Source of the DNA: Octopus vulgaris
Lineage: Eukaryota
Direction: 5' to 3'
NCBI GenBank assembly: GCA_951406725.2
Contig: OX597816.1
Span: forward strand, 178,684,001-178,748,000
Length of the DNA stretch: 64,000 bases
A program made the translations under genes and the position numbers. The notes under the pieces were generated by a model, which did not search any database, was not told the origin of the DNA, and saw only the letters and a list, made by a program, of their open reading frames with translations. The number at the start of each line of letters is the position of its first letter. Positions within the stretch are counted from its first letter, which is position 1. This document shows positions 54,731-64,000 of the stretch, in pieces.

Positions 54731-55206
54731 ATTTTACTTTACATAAGGTAGAAATGTTGGCAAACTGTCGAATATGAGACAGCAATAATTTGTATGAGAA
54801 TAAAGGTTGACCCAGTTTAACCTCTATCATTCAAAACAACCCGATGGCCTTTCCTGTATAACTCAACTTTTATTTTGGTGCTAAAAAGACTATTCATATT
54901 TTATTCACAGACGAAGATTCAATTGTCATTTGTACACGGATGTCCTTCTCAAGAAAATTAATTGTACACACAACGCCCGATTATAAAAGATGCTAATTTT
55001 CTACCCGGATATTCTTCACCAGATAATAGACATTGAACTGTAAACACCTCACTTGTATCTGAGTAAGACTTCTCCATTGGCTACCTTTTGAAAACAAACC
55101 AGCACCTGTTGTCAAGCGGTGGTTGCGGTAACAGTGGTGGGGAGAAGCACAAACACAAAGACACATATACACACTCACATATTATACATTATGTTTTATA
55201 TACATA

Positions 55207-56053
55207 CTAGCTTACGGTGACCCACTCTACGCGCGGGTAAGGGTGTGGTTGTTACTTTCTGTTGCTTCCTTTCTGTTTCTTATCGCCACATTCTCCCTCT
55301 TTGCTTATCTCTCCTTTCTCTCTCACTTTCCCATTCTCTTACTCTTCCTTTCTCTCGACTCTCCCTCGCTTTCTCTTTCTATCTTTCTCTATCTATCTCT
55401 CTCCCATTTATAAACAACAAAAGATCTTGAGTAAGTTGAGAAAGAGAGTATTTTGAAAGATCAATCATAAATATCAGGCAGTCCCAACGGAAAGCACACT
55501 TGCCTTTTGTACGTGCCACTATTTGAGCGATTAAAAATAAGGAAAAAATGATTTCTTTGTTAAATTTAGTACTTATTTTGGGAATTTTTCGACGACTGAC
55601 CATGCAAATGAAAGCTCTAAACACGGGCTACACGCAGCTCTGAATTTCTTTCATAAAAAATGAAAACTGTAAACAATAAAAAATAAAAGGCAAAAATACG
55701 TAAAAATGAGAAACTTTTTCAACTTTAAAAATCTTGCCTTAATTTTCAAAATTTCGAACCCATTTTCCGCGCTTAAATTACAAATCCGCTTCCACTTTAC
55801 CTTGTCGAAAATTTGATTGAAATCGGGCAAAAGGTATCTAATCTAGAACCCTAAGTGAACCCAAAAATCAATAAAGTCCCCATTTTCACACCAAAGCAAC
55901 CTCTGTAGCGCCCCAAAACGTCTCCCAATCAATTTTCCACCTCAAGTTACCCCCTCCTGAAAATTTTAATTCCCTTACAGCACCATTTAGACCCCTTTTT
56001 ACATAAAAATCCAATTTGTATCAACGTTCGCCTTCTTCATTTTATAGATTAGA
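55207..56053 (-). mobile_element. Non-autonomous Helitron
   Basis: Minus strand starts A|TCTAATCTATAAAA and ends ACCCGCGCGTAGAGTGGGT hairpin + CTAG|T. Confidence 0.7.
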
Positions 56054-57341
56054 TGTAACGAAGTTTGTTATGGTGCAACGCCGGGAACACCAGTTTGTAA
56101 TCGATGCCTTGAATTGTGTAACGGCAGAAATTAAATTGTAACGATAAAGATTAATTTGGTACAACGGTTGGAATTAATTTGGTACACAATAATATGATAA
56201 ACGATAGTCGATATACAATAGGATGGAATGTCGGCGTCGTAACCAGTTTGTAAGGATTGATTCTTTGGTAATTGCCATTATGTAAACAGGAAAGAACAAT
56301 GATTGAAGTTGTGAAGAAAATATTTATTTTACCGTTACATTATGCAATGCCTTGCCTCGACGGGCAGGTGATGAAGTCGTAAAGTATGCGAAGTAAAGTT
56401 AGGTGTAGATTTTCCTTGTATAGTATACTAGCAGTATCGCCCGGCGTTGCTCGGGTTTGTAAGGGAAATAACTATATAAGCATTTTTAGAGAGTTATAGC
56501 TAAAAAATAGCAAAAAAATGCATTAAAAATGGAAAAAAAAATTATGGTAAATTTTTTTTTAATCGTTGACTCATCGTAGACATTTTTAGAGAGTTACTTC
56601 CCTTATATAATAGCGAAAAAATGCATTAAAATGGAAAAAAATGATGGTAATTTTTTTAAAAATCGTAGACTCATCGTAGACGCGCGCTAATACCCAGAAG
56701 GGCTCGATATAAATCACGACCATAAGATACCCGGTTTTGGTTAAACTGCACCACAAAATGTGGGAGTAGTTAGGAATCTAAATCGTAGGAGACAGACACA
56801 CAACTTGACTTTTATATATAAAGATTTGTGTGTTCTCGTCATTGTGTAGTAGTAATTACAGACAGAAATAGAGTGGTGTTGTGAGAGAAAATTAAGTGAG
56901 CTAGTAAGAGTGAGAGAGTGTGGAACGAAGGCTCGCATAGTCGCTGACTGCCTGCTTGTGGCCTTGATTCTAGTGGTCCGTTTCACTAACTGATTGTCGC
57001 TCTCTCTAACTCGAGTTGTTACTAACTGAGATGTAACCAGTTAAGTGAGTTATCACCAAGTGACTAACTGACTTTTGCTTGGGAGTTCTTGTTTTTATAA
57101 CAATCCAGAAGGATAGACATATAGTTGAGAACAATGGACTTCGTTGGTGGTTCTTATCCTCTTAATTCTAGCTTTTGGTGGCTTATAAGAGGTTAGAAGT
57201 GTCAAGTGGCGAAGACATTATTTTGCTTAGCTAAAGGCATCTGGCAAATGTAAACTCACCGTGAGAAAAGTTCTGTTGAACTGTTACTTGAAATTTGACT
57301 ATGGTGGATCGAATCCACGTCACGCCTGCAAGATTCACTAC
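56054..57341 (-). mobile_element. Possible solo LTR interrupted by Helitron H1
   Basis: TGTAACG...CACTACA termini; minus-strand TATAAAAA (~57095) upstream of AATAAA (~56325). No clean TSD. Confidence 0.4.
56428..56824 (-). mobile_element. Non-autonomous Helitron, family H1
   Basis: Reverse complement of the 28908 and 51491 elements, with both termini intact. Confidence 0.9.
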
Positions 57342-58119
57342 ACACACACACACACACACACACATGACGACAAATAGCAATCCTCCAAACTCTATTTTGC
57401 TCTAACATGCCAAACACCAACACGGATGTATACTGGGTCGACTTGACATTCGCATTTTATCCAAGCACCCGAAGGACCCAACTCTCAGACAAATACAAGA
57501 GTACGTTTTCATTAATGAAACATCTCCAGTACTAAATAGGAAATATAAATAGGTGTCATACCCCAATGCCCACAGTTTATATAGTCACACAAACCCATAC
57601 ACAGACATACATAAACATGCACATACAAGGAGACAGAGGTACACACACACGTACAAACACACAAACATGAACACAAAGACACACAAACATGAACACAAAG
57701 ACACACAAACACACAAACATAAATAGACAAGTACATGGATATGCAGAGTACATACATACAAAACGTGCACACATGCATACATATATATATATATATACAC
57801 ACATACATGCATGCACATACATACAAACAAGCATATATACATATATGTATGCGCACATATATGTACACACACCTGCGCACAAACAGAAAAAAAACGCAGT
57901 TCTGATAACGGACAGAGTCAATGATTATTGAAAAGGTTGCAAGACGCAACGAGAATCTGAGTAAAAATAAATAAGTAAATGAGGGGAAATCAGACTGTTA
58001 ACTGTGTTAAATAAATAAGGTGCTAAAAGAGAATGACTCTCCCCAAACACTATAAAATATGCTTCAACACACGAATTCACGTAAAGAATCTTGCAACCCA
58101 AATACAAAAACGAAATATA

Positions 58120-58395
58120 TATGCATGTATGTATGTATGTATGTATGCATGTATGTATGTATGTATGTATGTATGTATGTATTTATGTATGTATGTATGT
58201 ATGTATGTATGTATGTATTTATGTATATATGTATGTATGAATGTTTGTATGTATGTATGTATGTATGTATGTATGTATGTATGTATGTATGTATGTATGT
58301 ATGTATGTATGTATGTATGTATGTATGTATGTATGTATGTATGTATGTATGTATGTATGTATGTATGTATGTATGAATGTATGTATGTATGTATG

Positions 58396-58427
<32 letters not shown>

Positions 58428-58469
58428 TGTATGTATGTATGTATGTATGTATGTATGTATGTATGTATG

Positions 58470-58501
<32 letters not shown>

Positions 58502-59957
58502 TGTATGTATGTATGTATGTATGTATGTATGTATGTATGTATGTATGTATGTATGTATGTATGTATGTATGTATGTATGTATGTATGTATTTATGTATGT
58601 ATGTATGTATGTATGTATGTATGTATGTATGTATGTATGTATGTATGTATGTATGTATGTATGTATGTATGTATGTATGTATGTATGTATGTATGTATGT
58701 ATGTATGTATGTATGTATGTATGTATGTATGTATGTATGTATGTATGTATGTATGTATGTATGTATGTATGTATGTATGTATGTATGTATGTATGTATGT
58801 ATGTATGTATGTATGTATGTATGTATGTATGTATGTATGTATGTATGTATGAATGCATGCATGTATGTATGTATGTATGTATGTATGTATGTATGTATGA
58901 ATGCATGTATGTATGTATGTATGTATGTATGTATGTATGTATGTATGTATGAATGCATGTATGTATGTATGTATGTATTATGTATGTATGTATGTATGTA
59001 TGAATGCATGTATGTATGTATGTATGTATGTATGTATGTATGTATGTATGTATGTATGTATGTATGTATGTATGTATGTATGTATGTATGTATGTATGTA
59101 TGTATGTATGTATGTATGAATGCATGTATGTATGTATGTATTATGTATGTATGTATGTATGTATGAATGTATGTATGTATGTATGTATATGTATGTATGT
59201 ATGAATGCATGTATGTATGTATGTATGTATGTATGTATGTATGTATGTATGTATGTATGTATGTATGTATGTATGTATGAATGCATGTATGTATGTATGT
59301 ATGTATTATGTATGTATGTATGTATGTATGTATGTATGTATGTATGTATGTATGTATGTATGTATGTATGTATGTATGTATGTATGTATGTATGTATGTA
59401 TGTATGTATGTATGTATGTATGTATGTATGTATGTATGTATGTATGTATGTATGTATGTATGTATGTATGTATGTATGTATGTATGTATGTATGTATGTA
59501 TGTATGTATGTATGTATGTATGTATGTATGTATGTATGTATGTATGTATGTATGTATGTATGTATGTATGTATGTATGTATGTATGTATGTATGTATGTA
59601 TGTATGTATGTATGTATGTATGTATGTATGTATGTATGTCTGTATGTATGTATGTATGTATGTATGAATGCATGTATGTATGTATGTATGTATTATGTAT
59701 GTATGTATGTATGAATGCATGTATGTATGTATGTATGTATGTATGTATGTATGTATGTATGTATGTATGAATGCATGTATGTATGTATGTATGTATGTAT
59801 GTATGTATGTATGTATGTGTGTATGTATGTATGTATGTATGTATGTATGTATGTATGTATGTATGTATGTATGTATGTATGTATGTATGTATGTATGTAT
59901 GTATGTATGTATGTATGTATGTATGTATGTATGTATGTATGTATGTATGTATGTATG

Positions 59958-59989
<32 letters not shown>

Positions 59990-60808
59990 TGTATGTATGA
60001 ATGTTTGTATGTATGTATGTATGTATGTATGTATGTATGTATGTATGTATGTATGTATGTATGTATGTATGTATGTATGTATGAATGCATGTATGTATGT
60101 ATGTATGTGTATGTATGTATGTATGTATGTATGTATGTATGTATGTATGTATGTATGTATGTATGTATGTATGTATGTATGTATGTATGTATGTATGAAT
60201 GTATGTAAGTATGTATGTATGTATGTATGAATGCATGTATGTATGTATGTATGTATGTATGTATGTATGTATGTATGTATGTATGTATGTATGTATGTAT
60301 GTATGTATGAATGTATGTATGTGTGTATGTATGTATGTATGTATGTATGTATGTATGTATGAATGCATGTATGTATGTATGTATGTATGTATGTATGTAT
60401 GTATGTATGTATGTATGTATGTATGTATGTATGTATGTATGTATGTATGTATGTATGTATGTATGTATGTATGTATGTATGTATGTATGTATGTATGTAT
60501 GTATGTATGTATGTATGTATGTATGTATGTATGTATGTCTGTATGTATGTATGTATGTATGTATGTATGTATGTATGTATGTATGTATGTGTGTATGTAT
60601 GTATGTATGTATGTATGTATGTATGTATGAATGCATGTATGTATGTATGTATGTATTATGTATGTATGTATGAATGCATGTATGTATGTATGTATGTATG
60701 TATGAATGTATGTATGTATGTATGTATGTATGTATGTATGTATGTATGTATGTATGTATGTATGTATGTATGTATGTATGTATGTATGTATGTATGTATG
60801 TATGTATA
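58120..60808. repeat. ~2.7-kb (TATG)n microsatellite
   Basis: Direct reading. Recurrent GAATGCAT and TATTATG variants. Confidence 0.97.
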
Positions 60809-61677
60809 TTGGCACAAACAGAAAAAGCAGAAATCAAAATATGAGCATATGTATATTTTTATTAATATTTAGCAGAAGTAACGGAGTGACTCAACGTCCG
60901 AGAGTTTCGTGTGTTGGCACTTATCAAACTAGTTACCGGTTGAAGGTCTACATGTTTATAAAGCTGTTGATAAATAAATAAATAAATAAATATATTTCCC
61001 TATGGAATGTTCTAGAACGAATTATAATAATGTCACGTGAATAATAAAAGAAATTCAGAAGTTTGTCTGTTTTCTTTCTTTCTTTCTATCCCTCTATAAT
61101 CCTCTTTATTTTCCGTTTCTCCCCCTCCTTCTTTACTATCTCCTGTCTATCTTTCCTCCACTCCCTACTATCTTTCGTTCCTTCTCCCTTCTCCTCACTC
61201 CCTTTGTTTCTTTCTCTCATACTCTCTCCCCTGCCCCCTTCTCTTCTGCCTGTTTGCTCACACGTGACTACACCTTTTTTCTGGACGCCATGTCCACCTA
61301 GCTCAACGCCATGTCTCTCACATCTCGTCATTTTCTTCTCTTCTATTTATTCTATATCCTTTCAAAATTTCTCTCAGACGTTACCCATTACAATGCGACT
61401 TAATGTTTGTCTTCATCGACTGTTTACTCTGTACGTTCGAAGCCCTAGCTTTGCACAAATTTTATATTTTTTTAAATTTCTGGTTGCTGCTCTCTTATGA
61501 AGTTTTCTTATCTTGTCGTTTAAACCTCGAAATAGAGAGAAATAAACAGTCAACAACTGAGGAGGAGTTAGACTTCTTTTGCTATTTGGTCCTGTACTTG
61601 TCTCTCGTTATGTGTTTACGTTGTTCATGTCCTGCTCTTATTGTGTATGTTTTGGTATTTTGTCCCGTACTTAATGT

Positions 61678-61795
<118 letters not shown>

Positions 61796-61913
61796 ATGTA
61801 TATGTGTGTGTGTGTGTGTGTGTGTGCGTGTGTGCGTGCGTGTGTGCGTGCGTGCGTGCGTGTGTGCGTGCGTGCGTGTGTGCGTACGTGTGTGTTTGTA
61901 TGTATGATATATA

Positions 61914-62939
61914 CAGTATTGGCCAGAATGGATGACTCACTGATTTATAAACAACAATTCGTGCCAATGATGCTATTTTCAGTCTCTGGTCGATCGTTCA
62001 AATGTTTTCTTGTCACTCAGTGTTAACGTGTTTTCTGCGTGATTACTGAGCCCTGACTGGTTGATGTGCTCTGATTGACTGATCTAATCTCTGATAAGGT
62101 ATCACAAAAATATCTTGTGAAAACTCGTTCTAGCCGCCAAAAAGTCACCCAGAAAGTCTTCCGAAGCTATCCAAGCCGGTCTACCGCAAGAAGACAAGGT
62201 TCCTAACCAAAGGACAATTCGTAGAAAATAATTTGATGCTGGCCTTAAGTCCTACAAACCTTCAAGGAAACCAAGCTTAACCTCGAAAAATATTGCTGAT
62301 GGTTTGACATTTTGCCAAAAATATAAAAACTGGTCAGTCGAACAATGGAAACGAGTTAAGTTTTCGGATGAAATGCAGGTGTCACAATTTTATGCTTTTT
62401 GCGGACATGAGAGACGACCTTCTAAGCGAAGGGATAACCCTCGCTACATTATCCCAAGTGTTAAAAATGCTCCACAAGTTATGGTGCGGGAGGTATTTGT
62501 GCTGGTAGAAGATGAAGGTGTAACTATCAAGGGAACTAATTACTTTGAAATTCTGCAAACGAAAGCCCCGCCATTTATGGAGATGAAGCATTGTTGGGTT
62601 ATTCTGAAACAGAAAGTAGCCGCTCGTCATCCAGCATCACTATCGGAGTTGAAAATACCATCAAAGCAGTTTGGACTATGAAGATAACAGCTGATTTGGG
62701 CGAAAAATTGTGCTTATCACTGCCCAACAAAATTGACGCCGTGATTCACAACAAAGAACTACGTACAAAATACGGACTCAGTAAAGCACCGTTTGATGCT
62801 TGTTTCATTTAATATCAAATCAGAATCTTGGAAAGATGTTAATTTCTTACTGATTAAGTAGCATTTTCATCGGAAATATTCGATCTCTTATTTATAAAGA
62901 TTAAAACATGTAGTGAGTCATCCATTCTGGCCATGACTG
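61914..62939 (+). mobile_element. Internally deleted Tc1-like transposon
   Basis: TIRs CAGTATTGGCCAGAATGGATGACTCACT / AGTGAGTCATCCATTCTGGCCATGACTG with TA flanks. Remnant FCQKYKNWSVEQWKRVKFSDE. Confidence 0.92.
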
Positions 62940-62945
62940 TATATA

Positions 62946-62965
62946 TCTATTATATAAAATCCGTT

Positions 62966-63020
<55 letters not shown>

Positions 63021-63300
63021 TTCTAGGATCTCAGAAATCCTCCATTCGATTGTGCTCAAATTTGATATGTAGATATTGACGATATCAGGGTGTGTATTAG
63101 TCTTGAAAAAATTACAAAAATCGATTCCAGGTGAGAATGCGATCGATAAAGCCATGGGAACGTGCATTTGTACGCGCAAGTACATCAGCTGTTGCGATCG
63201 ATACTACGAGTACGCGAGAAAAATGCACGTGAAGTTTGCGCAAAAAAAGCTGGCTGGCTTCAAATAATGCTACAAAATGCAGTATATTTAAGAGACCAAA
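62946..63300 (+). mobile_element. Helitron-like 5' end
   Basis: A|TCTATTATATAAAA, then (TG)n, then TCGATTGTGCTCAAATTTG: same layout as the 45850 element. 3' end not established. Confidence 0.5.
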
Positions 63301-63845
63301 AAGTAAGATGCAAAAGAGATATTTTCTTCAAACTTGGCATGACGGAAGGAAAGACTATTTGGTTTCTCAAGAAGTCTTTTTTTTTTTTTTTGCCTTAACT
63401 TCGTTTAACAAAACCAAAAATTTTATTCAAATAAAGGCATGCTTAATTATTTTTTAATGAAAAGAAAACACTGATTGCTTTTTATTCAGCAGATATGATT
63501 CAGCACCGTCCATTGGATGGGGGTGTTTTGCTCGTGTGAGTATATATATATATATATATATATATATGTTAGAAGGTTTGGAGATGATGTACAGGTATTT
63601 TATATTAGAAGAAATGAGGTACTCAGAAATTCAGATGGTTTTATATTTACAGATATTTATTTGTATATTACATGTTTTTATATATCATATGACATATATC
63701 ATATATCATATATTAGCGCTTTCGCCCATTCTAGTGGGGTTTTCAAATTGAACTAAGTTCTTGGGGAAAAATTTGACCATTTTATAGTGTTATTGAGTGT
63801 GTAGTGGTGGGGAGGTATATATACATACGTATATGTACATAAGTC

Positions 63846-63915
<70 letters not shown>

Positions 63916-64000
63916 TATGTGGACACAGGACGTCACGAAACGTGTACAACGAAAAAGTACGAAGCACGAGTAGATGGAACATGAACTATTCTTTCGTACA

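Noticed and set aside
58033-60872. Long ORFs up to 912 aa
   Set aside because: Same microsatellite artefact.

Overview
Repeat-saturated, gene-free eukaryotic window. The SINE families, microsatellite load and element mix suggest an octopus (coleoid cephalopod) genome; this is inferred from recognition, not from a search. I found no intact host protein-coding gene. Nearly all long ORFs in the track are translations of (TACA)n/(CA)n/(TA)n microsatellites. Supported content: degenerate mariner/Tc1/DD37D-like transposons with readable TIRs; an hAT element with an 8-bp TSD that contains a Helitron, which in turn holds an RTE LINE fragment, a SINE and a ribozyme palindrome; several non-autonomous Helitrons; a solo LTR with a 4-bp TSD; three SINE families; Penelope-like element (PLE) RT and GIY-YIG fragments; a ~7.8-kb satellite with an 88-bp (4x22-bp) unit; and two multi-kb tetranucleotide arrays. 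The most interesting signal is a set of short fold-back (inverted-repeat) insertions next to microsatellites that carry minimal hammerhead-ribozyme cores (CUGANGA...GAAA...palindromic stem III...UH). The clearest is a back-to-back pair at ~46.3-46.5 kb.
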